The notes beneath the pieces are model-generated. The model was not told the origin of the DNA. It did no database searches and worked only from the letters and a program-made list of their open reading frames with translations. From Phallusia mammillata (Eukaryota): a stretch of DNA of 64,000 nucleotides. This document shows, piece by piece, positions 14,326-27,300 of this stretch. The stretch spans positions 20,584,001 to 20,648,000 of the forward strand of contig OZ281500.1 of assembly GCA_965637545.1 (NCBI GenBank). The letters run 5' to 3'. The position numbers and the translations under genes were made by a program. Each line of letters opens with the position of its first letter. Positions within the stretch are counted from its first letter, which is position 1.

Positions 14326-15679
14326 AGTCGATCATTACACACATCGCACATACGGACGCCGTAAACAACTACACGGTGCTTCAGTAACCGAAGCCATTTG
14401 GTTGAAATGTACATATGTTGCCTTGAATTATTTCTTAATTTTTTGTTTATCTACTCTACCCCCGATCTTCTTCAAGCGGTATTCCCGTGCCTTTTGTCTT
14501 TTTGTTAGTTTGTACTCCAGCCATCATGCTCGTATCACGTGCATACAATTTCATTGCTTCATTTGCGGTACTGTATTATACTTATATGTTTCATTTCTAA
14601 CTCGTATTTTGTATATATTTGAAAACGTTGTAAGATTTAAAATCCTCCCAGCTAAAGAAACTTCTTTGTATATAGCTCGGTCCTTTGGGAATAAAGTTTA
14701 TTTAAGAACCACAGGTAAACTGACCAATATGTAAGTGCCGATTTTTTGCGTTTTTCCATGTCAATAAATACAATCTTGTTCGAATACGTTTATCATCATG
14801 TTAAAAAACATGTAGACACTAGCTGTGCTAAAGAGCAATTTGGTCGTAAATTAAAGTTGACACAAACTGTACTGAACTAAAGCAATTTTAGTTCTACGTG
14901 CATTAATTTTTTATGTGTAGAGAATATAAATCACTTTGACCACTGTTAATAGTTTACTTAAAATTGCTTTTGAGAATATTTTGATTAGACCATTTGGAAA
15001 CATTTTCGCCCCGGGCAAACAGCTGTAGCCTTGTTGTTCTATAACCAATTGTTCAATGCCAATGCTCGCCTGGGGCCAGTTGGCGTAATAGCTGAACCAA
15101 CCAGCAGTGCAAGTTGGTTGTTTGCAGTTGTACTGTAGGAGTCCAACCGAAACGCATGTTACCTGACCAAAACACGACAGAATGCATGTGCAGTAACATT
15201 GGTAACTGGGTAATTTGAAAGCAAGGGTGTTCGGGTTATAATTGATGTTGAACCGGTCTAACTCGGCGACATCAAACGCATAATCGGATTTGTGTGACGC
15301 TGGATTAGTATCGGTCATTTGGGCAATATGTTGTGTACAGGGTGTTGTCTGAGCGAAAACTAAAACAGGCCACTGAGTCAGTGTGGCCCCATTCGCAGGT
15401 TTCAAAGTTGAGTCAACTGTATTTATCTGATTGAGCTGGGCTACTTGTATGCGCAATATAGCGTGTGAGCAGGATTACCCTAACGCAACGTCATGTTTTA
15501 TTCATGATTTTCGGATGCGGGCGAAGCGAAAATGAGGCGATAAAACACTTGTTGCAACCAGTTTAGTAACAGTCTACCGTGTAGGCATGCAGAGTGTTTT
15601 AATTAAAGTTTGGCTTGCTGATAGTACACATGGACAACTAAATAGGTTTGATATTTGAAGATTCATTAGGGATTAGGCC

Positions 15680-18600
15680 ATGGATTGTATAACGGTGGAA
15701 ATGGTTCGAAGTTTAAATGAGCAGTGGGGAATACAAGTTTCAGGCGAAGGACCTTGTTACATCGATACTGTAAAGGTCAGTACAAATGTGTGCCATGTGG
15801 TGACTTTATTTTGAGACTGTCTAACGCAGTGGTGGGCAACCTTTGTTACTGTGGGGCCAATTACAAATATCAAAATTGGGTCGCGGGCCACACCTGTGTA
15901 CAACACAAAGTGATTTTGCTTTGTTGCTTACCAAATCTTCTCAACTACAAGTATAATTCGCATTTGATTCTAGCCACATTTTGCCAGGTCGCAGAAAACT
16001 AGCATAAGGCGCATTAATCAGCTCAAAAATATGTAATAATTGGAATTGTTTGACAGTACTTTGAAATCCAAACACCTCTGCGGGTCGCACAACCTTCGCT
16101 GAAGGGCCGCGTGCGACCCGCGGGCCGCAGGTTGCCCACCCTTAGTCTAACGCTTAACAACTTCTAAGCTAAATGGCCACATAAACAACATTAAACTGTT
16201 CACTATGACCATCACTTTTAACCGAAAAGTTGAAGCCCAGTTTAGCATGAGCACCACGAAACTGGCCGCGCTTACATCTATTTCAGAAAAACATTCTTTA
16301 CAACACAAAATATCCGGTTTGTAGAGGAGACTTAAGCGCGCTCCATGAAAAGTTTTGTCGCAAATACAAACGCCCACAGGCCAACAAATCAAACTATGCT
16401 GAAACTTTTAATTGTAAGATTCATTTAAAACATCCTCTTCGTAGAAAAAAATGCGGTGGACAATGTTTTCAACCCAAATTAAATCGCGCACAGACCATCT
16501 GACCAAACCAAGCTAAAACGTTTAATTGTAGTAAGGTTTTAGTTAATTTGTTGCGACTAGAAGAACGAAGCCTTTGAAATGTGGGTAATGTTGTATTATT
16601 TTCTTACCTAAACCGATATTTTGCGCTACAGGCGGACAGCCCAGCTGACTATGCGGGTATCAAAGAAGGCGACTGTATTTTCAACGTGAATGGAGTAAGC
16701 GTTCACGACGCAACACACGAGCAAGTGGTCACGCTTATCGCCGAGAGCGGAAGAGTCGTGAGGTACGTTGCGTTAGTCCGCTTTGACAATACGATCATTT
16801 GTGACCTAATATTATTGTCAGGTTTAAACTTCTGCCCGCTTTGCAAGACGAGGTCAAAGCCTGCTACTCTGACAACGAGGAAAGTTCATTTTGGACCAAC
16901 GATTTATCTCCTAACCCAGGGCAAAATTCAAGGCAAGTTTTAATAATAAACAATAACTCACATGTGATTTCGCTGCATATATGACATCACAATCCTTTGC
17001 AGGTCACGAGCGACGTCATCTTCAAGTGATGATTCAGACAGTGGTGAGAATGACAGCACGTTTCTTTACTCCGACTGTGACAGATTTGATCAACTGTCAA
17101 TGTAAGTAAAAGCTTTAGTATATATTGCGGTGATAACCTAAAAGATCCGTTGTAACATGCAGAACCGGATGTGATGGTAAATATAATCATACACAGTCAC
17201 CCACTTTCAATGTGACTAAAAAGAAAAATGATGACACCATTGAACAATCCAAGTTTATTGTAACAAGGGAGTCCCAGAAGGAATTCGACAAGGACCCACT
17301 TGTTGACTGTACTTTTAGAGGTAACTTACAATATATCTTTGTATAATCAAGTCAATTTAAACAATGCTGACTAAATATAGTTAGCTGTAGTGATGGGACG
17401 ATACCAAGTTTTGAAGCGAGTACCGATACCGAGTACGAGTACCGCATACCTTCGATACCGAGTACCGAATACTTAAGTACATTGCTGTACTTAGTTGTAT
17501 ATCACTGGCTAATTTTTCTGCCATGGCCGGGGAACAGGCGCACACACGCACATGCAGAAAAATGTGATCTCCACACGATAGCGAAAAAAATGTACGTAAC
17601 CGGGCGGAACTTTTTCCAGATTTTGTGCTGTCCGAAGCAAATATTGGCATAAAGTTGTATTCTTATGTTGTATGTTGGCTGTATTCTTATGTTGTAAACC
17701 GACCTTCGGTAATCGCACGTTTGTATCGAAAACTGAGACAAAATATTTCGATACCGAGTACGAGTATCGATACCACTGAAATCGTCCGATACCATCAATA
17801 CCGAGTACCGAGTACCCGTCCCATCACTAGTTAGCTGACCTTATAATGATCTACCTGGTATGTAATGTCAAACTTACTGTAAATTTGTGGTAAATTCAAT
17901 ACCACAGCACTTTAACATATCCATACAGTTGGCTATGCACTGTTATGTACATGATAATTAAGAAACAGTGGTATATAATACTTCCAGTGGTTCCCAACCA
18001 GGAGGAATTCCCCACCAGGGGGGAATTTTGTAATTTGTAGGGGGGAATTTGTGTCACAATATTTATCTCTTACTGGTTGTCTGTGCTATGTGTTTTTGCT
18101 GCATTTGCCATATATGAGCAAACTAAATTTGTAGAGGGAATTAGATTTGAATATCGACTAAAAGGGTGCAGAGGACAAAAAAGGTTGGGAACCACTGATT
18201 AAACTGTGTTATATAATACTAAACAAGAAAAACTTTTAAAAATCCATTAGAATCTCACTACAATCGATATTTCAAAATTAACATATATTTAATCACACAA
18301 AGTCTGCAACCATCTATATTACAGCAACAATTGCAGCAAAAATAAAACAAAATGCATTAGCTTTAAACACTGTATGTTGTTGATTATCATATGATATAAT
18401 ATTAGAAACATAGATCAAAGCAGGAAAAAATGTTTGCTTACTTATTCAATGGCTTCTGCCAACAACATAACCAATCATTTAGCATTAAATTCTTGAAAAT
18501 TGCTTGCTGTTTGCTCTTAATTTGTTTAAATGAGTGTTTTCAGATTAATTCTTCAAATCTGCAAAAACATATTGTATATATAGAAGACACGCTCATAAAA

Positions 18601-20191
18601 TCACAACATTTACAAGTTAGAGGCCTATGTATGGAATCAACTGCATTGTATAAAAGTAAAGTTAATTCAGCACAAGCAAAATGAAATAGGCCACACTTTA
18701 CCAAGTAATCATGGTACTAGCATGAAATTGCATTTAAGCTATTGAGTTGGGTTGAATCTGTAATAAGATTTTTGCACTCACATGTCTGCATTTTCATCTC
18801 ATTGCCCTTCATTAAAGTTTAATGCACTGTCTTCGCCAACACTGTGTACAGAACTCTTATCGTAGGGCAAAACAAATCATCTCTAACTTGAATCAAGCCA
18901 AAGTTAGCGACCTAAGCTTGCAATTAGGAAAATTTTGAAATGGGGATTTTATGCCGCCAAATTACAGCATAGAAATCCTAATATTTTAAGTTAAGGGGCA
19001 TTTTCTGGATTTTGCTATGTTTTCAATTACTAAGCATTTAAATTTACGGTATGTATCCTATATGCCCAAGAAAGACACAATGTACATAATTCTGAATCAA
19101 ATAGTGCTAAGAATTTGCTTTTAGGAAGCAAGGCTTCAGTTGCTGGGGCATTCACCGGCGACCACAACGTCATTCGAAATTCAAAAGATCAAAACGATAT
19201 ACGCGGAGTTCGGGCAAGAGTAAAAGCCGGAATTCAGCACTTCAGCTTTGACGAAGAACAGGAAAAGGTGATAGTTTAATAATTTCCTAAAATATTTATT
19301 AGCACACCAGCACCTTGGTAACTAGAAATTCGTTTTTGTCAAATTGTTGTTTGACGAAAACAAAGTACTAATGTACATATGGCATTTTAATACAGATTAA
19401 TCCCGAAGACAAAGGAAAAATAATTATCTACACCACAAGTTTGGGAATCTATCGAAAAATTGCAATACACTGCGATAAAGTACGAAAACTTCTCGATGGC
19501 TATCGTGTGAAATACGAGGTAAGTGTTGTTGAATATGGTGCATCAACTTAAGAATCAACACTGAAATAAACAAAAAAATCCTATACAGGATCGGGACATT
19601 TTCAATTTTCCTGAGTACAAAGACGAATTATATGCAAGACTTGGCCTTGACGACGGCGACGCTTTTCCAGAAATGCCACGAGTTTACATTGATGGTGTTT
19701 ACATGGGGGTAAGTGAGCGACTCGATTAAATACGTTGTTTATGGTTTGACCGAATTTACACGAATATTTTTTTTAAACCACCGAAAATCTTTTTGTTCTT
19801 CAATGAGAAATAAAAACGTTTTAGAGATGGGGAAGTGCTCAAACCCATCAGCAATTATAACAGTGACATAAGGGCATTTTTTAACAATCATCTTTGCAGG
19901 GCGCGATTGAACTTCAGGAGATGAGTGACTGTGGAGATCTGAGGATACGCCTGACAGAATTTCCGGTACGTTAAAGCACTTTTAGCTCCTTTACCTCTTT
20001 CACTTATCACATAAATCCATCTTTAGAAGTACAACATTCGAAGCAAGTGTCCCACCTGTAAAGGTACAGGTCTGTTGGTCTGCCATTCGTGCAAGGGCAA
20101 AGCTTACCGACGAAAGAACCGCTTTGCAATGCTAAAGTGCGCTACCTGCCGACAAAAAGGAACGATTTCCTGCACAGACTGCAGGGAATAA
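15680..20191 (+). CDS. GRXCR: Glutaredoxin-domain cysteine-rich protein (GRXCR1/2-like) with an N-terminal PDZ domain, ~403 aa
   Basis: Exons 15680-15775, 16632-16762, 16822-16932 (GC donor), 17003-17101, 17163-17320, 19125-19267, 19396-19518, 19589-19708, 19900-19965, 20027-20191 (TAA); 1212 nt. PDZ: EQWGIQVSGEGPCYIDTVKADSPADYAGIKEGDCIFNVNGVSVHDATHEQVVTLI. GRXCR region: IRGVRARVKAG, KIIIYTTSL, MPRVYIDGVYMGG, and four CxxC motifs (CPTC, CHSC, CATC, CTDC). Confidence 0.88.
15827..16144. mobile_element. hAT-type MITE in intron 1 of the PDZ-GRXCR gene
   Basis: TIR CAGTGGTGGGCAACC / GGTTGCCCACCCTTA (imperfect right end); perfect 8-bp TSD GTCTAACG (15819-15826 and 16145-16152). Confidence 0.85.
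17388..17829. mobile_element. hAT-type MITE with GATACCGAGTAC subterminal repeats
   Basis: 13-bp TIR TAGTGATGGGACG / CGTCCCATCACTA; perfect 8-bp TSD GTTAGCTG (17380-17387 and 17830-17837); repeated ATACCGAGTAC motifs near both ends. Confidence 0.9.
17985..18197. mobile_element. hAT-type MITE (GGAGGAATT family)
   Basis: 15-bp TIR CAGTGGTTCCCAACC / GGTTGGGAACCACTG; TSD not preserved; GGAGGAATT subrepeats shared with 22431-22692 and 24843-25072. Confidence 0.8.
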
Positions 20192-21364
20192 GATTTCTAT
20201 CATCGGCGTTCAATTATTTAAATAGGTTGTTTCTAAAACAAAGAAACCTACTTACGCCGCTTTGTTTAGCCAAAGAGAAACAAATTACTATAGTTTGAAA
20301 GCAAGGTCTTCCTTTTCGCGCAAGTTTTGTTTCTTATTGTACTGGGCCACGTGCAATGTCGCTTATTTATTAATGTCACTGTGATGAAAAATTATTACTC
20401 TTTAAAGCATGATTTTAACTGTTGGTTTTCAACAAAACAATGGCAACACAACTTTTCATTTTTAGGAATATAGGAATTTGAGTATAAACCAGCTTTATAA
20501 AGCTGGTATACCAACGAAATAAGAAATAACCAAGACGTAATTCGACAAAACACTTGCAGTAGTTTATGTGAAACTTATTTTATTACAAGCTTCAATAAAA
20601 GATGTAAAAATGTGTAAATTTTCTTCTGTTTATGTGCAAAAATATTTGATCAAAAGTCCGTTAACTCCGAAAACTAATAATAAATCGGATAAAACGTATA
20701 AAGCGATAAGAAGAAGAACGCAGAATAAAAGATCAGGCTGCGCACACACAGTGAATATAACTCAATCAAAAATCAAATCAAGGTTTGAAGACAAGCAAAA
20801 TCACATTTGAATTCACAAAGCCATGGAACAACAAAGATAAAAGTAAAGATTTCTCTTCTGGTAACATAACAAAGATATGGAAAAATGTAAACAACGACTC
20901 TTAGTTGTCGATGCACAAACAGATAGACACCAAATTTTGCTCGTATAATGTCTAATTTGATCTTAAAAGTAAAACGACAACATTGATTCTGTCACATTAG
21001 AAAGAGTCCAAAACCATGTGTGAAATAACTCTTGCATTATCATGTATATGTGAATTTTACCCCCGACAGTGATACAAATGTTGTTAGGCACTGTTAAGAA
21101 GATTTTGGGACACTGAGCATTTATACTGAAACCCGAATCAGTTTGTAACTTGAGTCAGGGATCCTAATTCTCCACCAGCGCATATCTTCCTTGGAACAGG
21201 TGAACATAAATCATCTTTCTTGACGTATAGGTGATAAGAAATCATCTTCAAGGTCAAAAATGGTCAAATGAACTCGGAAACAGATATGCTGCAATAGACT
21301 TTCACAAAAACGCCGATAAAGAAAACAGTAAGTATGTCATCAACCAGAAATCAACAGCAGGAGT

Positions 21365-24300
21365 TTAAAACGTTTCGTCCCAGCCATAAGTTGAGGATTC
21401 AAGGATCTCTCGGTCTTCTTCGGCATCACCGAGGTCTTCAATGCACCGTTCAAAGTTCTTGGTGTCAGTAGGGCTTTTTACATTCGGTTTTATAGGCGAG
21501 TGGATACGTTGGGCACGGAGTCCTTGCCAGTCGAAGCCCTGGTACCATCGGTGCTTCCGTATGTCGTTTACGCCACTCTTCTGGTAACCGAGACGGTCAC
21601 GAGGCTCCAGCTTGCAGAGGGCTCGGATCAGCAGCTATGAACAAATATGAAGTGGTTCACAAGCGACCACTCGAATGTCATGTCGATTTTACAGATTACT
21701 GGGAGAGCGATGGGTGCGCAGGTTGCAAGTCGGCCTGAGTCGGCGGAGAAACCGAAAACATCAGCCCAAAACTTGACCGGAACTAGATTTTTTTCATTTA
21801 GGCCTAAAAGATGGTAAAATTGTGGCACAAACATAGCCAAAAAGCCCAAATCAATCCCGTTTATTCAAACTTATCCCCGAATCTAAACAAGACTCGACCA
21901 ACTTAACAACTCCGGGGCTTTCGAAATCAAAATGTGTAAATATGGCGACGGCGTTAGTTATGTTTAAGGTAAGAGATCTTACTTAGCCGTAATAATATTT
22001 GGTTAGTGATATTACTACCCTCATGTCCGTAATTAGATTTCTTCATTTCGTTGCCTTCAGTGCATACAAGAAACAGAAGATATTTGTGAAATGGTTGTCG
22101 CATTATCCAAAATTTAAAGTCACAAATAGGCTCATGCAATTTGTAAACATATTTGGGACATTGTTTTTCATCACACCACTTCAGCAACAGAAAATAATTA
22201 TACCTCAGCACTCCTGTGAACGCGCCTTGAAAATTTGACGCCCTCGATGCCGCTAAGTATGTTTTCGTAAACGGTCATGTCATCGGATGCAAAGAAGGGA
22301 GTGGAGCGCGTCAGCAACTCGTAAATGAGGATACCGAACGACCAGTAGTCGGCCGCGATGTCATGACCTGTGTGCATAAAAAAACACCCTTAAACACAAC
22401 AAACCCAAATCTGAAAAATTAAACCCAAATCTGGTTTCCAATCGGAGAGGAATTCCTCATAAGGGAGGAATTTGTAAACCTGGGGGGAGGAATTTACTTT
22501 AAGTTCTAATTGTGGTTTGTAAATAGAGAACTTAACCTCTGGTCTAATATGACCTGAGAAGTTGATAAAAGATTAAAAGGATATTTCTATGGTTTATAGA
22601 TTTAAAAGGATATTTTCTATGTAGTCTATTGGGAGGAATAAAAATGTATTAAATTGTTAAGGGATGAATTTAGATACCCACACGTTGGAAATTCCTTACT
22701 AATCTGATGTGAATTGCAATTCCCTGTTATATATTACGTTCACTTATCCTAGACTGTTTATATGATCAGTCAGCATGTGGATCTGGCATTATGGTATTTT
22801 TTTCTTGATCTAACAATAAGGACGCCCAAAAATTGGCTTTAACAATTTGCCGTTTATCTAGTACCTGTGTTTGCAAGAATCTCGGGAGGAAAGTACTCCG
22901 GCGTCCCGCAGAATGTCCACGTTTTGAAACCGAATCTGATCCTCTTTGCAAAACCAAAATCGACGAGTTTCACGTAACCTCTGCATAACACGAAATCGTT
23001 ATAGCGAACTTTCAGCTAACTTTTACACATGTTGTTTTACTTGTGATCAACCATGAGATTCTCAGGCTTGAGGTCGCGATAAACGATTCCTCGTTCGTGG
23101 AGATACGCCAAGGCCTCCAGCACACATCCGGAACAGAATCGAGCCCCGCTATCATCAAAAGGTCCTTTACGCTTAAGTACGTTGTATACTTCACCACCCA
23201 AGTACGCCTCCATAAGCATATAGACTCGAAGTTCATCTTTAAATGTTCTGCGGCAATTAATACGTGACATTGATGATTGAAAACGATTAATGTGCTGTTT
23301 AGGATAAACAGAAGGCACATATACAGTTTCTGGCAGTGGGAGTTATTATGCTTCACATCTAAAACAAGTTTTTGAATCGTTAAGATAAACATAAAACTGT
23401 ATTTAGCCCTGCATTCATGCAGACTAGCGACCAGGGAATAATACACATATAAATCACTTTGAAATCAATAGGCCGTAGAATGGAGTTTTAAACAGTTTCA
23501 ATAAACTGTATAGCGCTTGCGTTTTGAATAATGTGCGCAAACACACCTGATTTATATTTGTGGTTGGCTCCTAAAATTATACAACACAATCGGCGCCAGA
23601 AAGAAATATCTTTCTATTGTACAAGTTACAACCTTGCAAGATAAAAAAAACATATCCAAGTTGGTGGTTACTTCAAAGTTACCTAAAAAGTCGTCCAATG
23701 AACGGAGATTTAATGGACAACAAAATGTTCTTCTCCGCCAGGACGTGCTGCTGTTGACCAGTTTTAATGATCTTCGCCTTTCGGATGGATTTCAACGCAA
23801 AAGCTCCATTGGAGACACCAGGAATTTGAACCAGCTTTACACATCCGAAGCCGCCTTGTCCAAGAATTGACAACACCTGGATATATTGAATAAACAATTA
23901 TGGTTGGTTTAGACATGTTCTAGGAACTTTAAATCCTTTGTGTATTTGTACGCCATCGAAACTAGTCGTCTGAACAAACTTGACCGTTTATTGTACAGTG
24001 ATGAAATCGCTTTTACAAACTTGACCCGGGTAGTGAAGGATATAGAGGCTATGTTCTGTTTCTCGAACTGTTGAAAGACACGCTGTCGTAGCGAAGTGGC
24101 CGCGCAGACAATGTTTGTACAACCATGCGCCCTTGATTTTTCTACTGGGACATTTTCCCCGGCTGAGCTATCTCTATTGTGCCAAAGGATGCCATGAATT
24201 TCCGTAAATCATCTTTGAAGGTTTCACACAATAGCTCGAACCATACTGTTCATATCAGTCTTTGCCTACAAACACGACCTGGGCCATTCAATACTCGGTG

Positions 24301-27300
24301 TTTCCTCAGTAAACACTGATATTCCGTGTTACATTATAACACTTCAACGTGCCGAGAAAGGCGATGTGTACCTTCAATTGATGAAGTTTCGTGTCCCGTA
24401 TAATTGCCTCAGTTCCTTTGCTTGGCCGCGTGGTTATTGTTATTCGAACCACTTTCTCTGTTGGTTCCTGAAGCACGTCTTCCTCATCTAGTGAAAAAAC
24501 AAGGACGGTTTGTAAACGTCAGGCACGTTCATATGTTTGCGTTATGTCAGATCCGACTTAATAGTAAATGGTACTGATCTGTAAGATAAATGATGAAAAC
24601 AACTAAAGCGTAGGTAATCAGCTGGTGTGGCAAACGTTTTTAAGTTTCGGAACACTTACAAACTACACAATTTGTTCGCGGCAGACTTTTCAGGCGCAAA
24701 AAAAGAAATTTGTTCAAAAAACTACTTGCGACTTTTATAAAGTGTTATAAAATGAATTTAACGGTGTGTTCAATAGCGCTGTGATGCATAACCTAATTTT
24801 GTCATTAAGCCCAACGACATTATACAATTGTGTAACTACTTGGCTTGTTCCCAACCGGGATGGAATTTGAAAACTTCAGAGGAGGAATTTACTCTAATTT
24901 TAAAATGTGGTTTGTAAATAGACACTCTCGGAATATGACCTGTGAAGTTCATAGAAGATCCGGCTTTAAATGATATTTGTACGGTTTAACATCCATCTGT
25001 AGTCTATTGGGGAGGAATTAAATTGTTTTGAATTGTTAATGGAGTAATTTGTCGAAAAATTAGGAACCACTGGCTTAAAACCTACTGAGCTCAAGAATAC
25101 AAATATCCTATGTTTAGACGTTTTAAATTAAAAACACCTTCTTCTGGGCCGTCTTCTTCAGTAACGGCGCCCAGCGGTCCTCTTACGCTGCCGTCTACTT
25201 CCGTGAAGGAGGTACCTTCAATGGGTGTGATAGATGGATGTGACGGGGACCTCGCAAACTGTACAACAAAGGGTATATGGTTTTGTGGTTTGTTGATTTG
25301 TCGATTGATCAATTATCAACATTGCGGTTACATCAGCAAGCGATCCAAGTAGGGAATTGAAGGCAAGTCGGTCGAGGACTAAAAGCACAACGCCACTCTC
25401 TGCTACAACATTTGCTGCTCGCTTGTCTTCAGTCAACAGGGCGCGTTCACCAAAGTATTCGCCTACACAAAACAAGTGTAAGCGTCAATATTAATACAGT
25501 AATGCCATATAATGCAACAGCAATGGAAAACTGCACATTAAAGGAAAAAAACAACCCGCTTTTGTTTTGAACATAAATTAATAGGGCAATGTTTTGGTTA
25601 AGGTATTAGCCCATTTAATGTATTGTGCGCTAACCTGTCCCGAGATGACAAATTAGGTCTTCCTTGATTGTGTGCCCTTTGCCCAATGGTTCCTGTAAAA
25701 ATCAATTTGAGTCATGCGAAGCCTGGCTTATGCGAAGTGGCTATACGGTTCGAGTCAATGTTGTACCTGGTTTTGGGTCACTTTTACAGTTCCTTCCTGT
25801 ATAACGTAAAAACTGTCGCCAACGTCGCCTTGACGAATGATGTATTCACCGCTATGGAACTGAGCTTCTTCAACACAGTCGGCAATCCGTAGCAACTTAT
25901 TGTCGGAGAGTGATTTCAGTTTGTCGACTGTTTTCAGCAACCTCACGTACTCTTCACGCTTCTGTTGGCCGCTCCTCTTCACAATCGACTAAAACAAACT
26001 CGAACACTGCATTTGTGTGGCAAGAGGTGAAAGATTTAGGCAATGGAGAAATTTACCTGAAAGAGCTTTCGATCCAAAGCCCAAAGGCTGGCGTCGGTTT
26101 TAGCTTTGACTGAGGCGGTTCGCTTGCAGTTGTACAAGATCGCAAGCTCACCGAAAACCGTTCCAGGGTTTAAGTCCACAACATGTACGTGTTGCGACCC
26201 TTTCGTGTGAAACACTTCAACCTATAGTGAATTAATCATCATGTATGGCGTAAAAATAGATAAGGAACGAAAAACCAACATGTTATCGCGTACCTGCCCC
26301 GACTCAAGCACGTAAAGGTGGTTTCCAAACTCGCCTTCGCTTATAACGTGGCTGCCCTTAGAGACCGTTTGTTGGGACATCGAGTCGATTAATTGCTGGA
26401 CCTGCTTGGTATCCAGGCCTTTGAGAAAGACGTTGGCATTGAGTGCTTTGCGAATTTGCAGCATTTGGTTAGGGCTCTTGGGCACAGCTTGCACCTGTCA
26501 AATAGAAAAGGCCTATTTAAAGGTGTAGAAGATAACTAAGGCTAAAAATCAATTCATATTGTATTACTTGAAACAGTCTAATCCAGTGGTTCTTAACCTT
26601 TTTTCCTTGCTGCACCCCTTTCAAATCACCAACCAATTTTCGCACCCCCTTTCAAATCACTAACCAATTTTCGCTCCCCCTTCTGTAATTGCTTGAATAG
26701 AATAGACCTAACCAACCTTAATAATTCAGCATCCCCGCACCCCCTAGGAACAGTTCTCGCACCCCTTGGGGGTGCGTGCACCCCAGGTTAAGAACCCCTG
26801 GTCTAATCGCTCTTTAGTGGAAAGAAAGATGAATAATAGCAAAGTAATAGATTTAGAGTGAGAAGAACCATGTTTTGTAACGCAACTATTTTCACTAACA
26901 TGGACACTTTTGGAAGATCGATTTTCGGCGGAAATACCAAACCGAGTGTTCTTGTTGTCAGGGGTGATTGCGCGAACGTTAAGCAACTTGGTTGCCCTTG
27001 TAACCAGCTCCTCGGATAAGTCTTCTTCTTCGAGTACCGGTGTCTGACCGCTCGGCGTCCACAGAGCACGAAGACGCCGGATTTCGGAGTCTTTATCTCG
27101 AATTACCATCTCAACAGCTTCCTTTACCACCGACACCTGTATACAGTCAAATAGATTTTACTGACACGACTACTGATGTATTCGACCTAGGGTTCCCTTT
27201 ATGTGACCAAACAGCCCAGCAATGCAAAAATACTGGTTCAGCCGACTAACGTTTGGAATTCCAAAGCTAGGCCACAGCGTTATTGACTTAATGACGTTTG

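Noticed and set aside
20089-20298. ORF suggesting a frameshift in the last GRXCR exon
   Set aside because: Recounting shows the correct frame (KYNIRSKCPTC...CTDCRE stop) is continuous; the listed ORF is an alternative frame.
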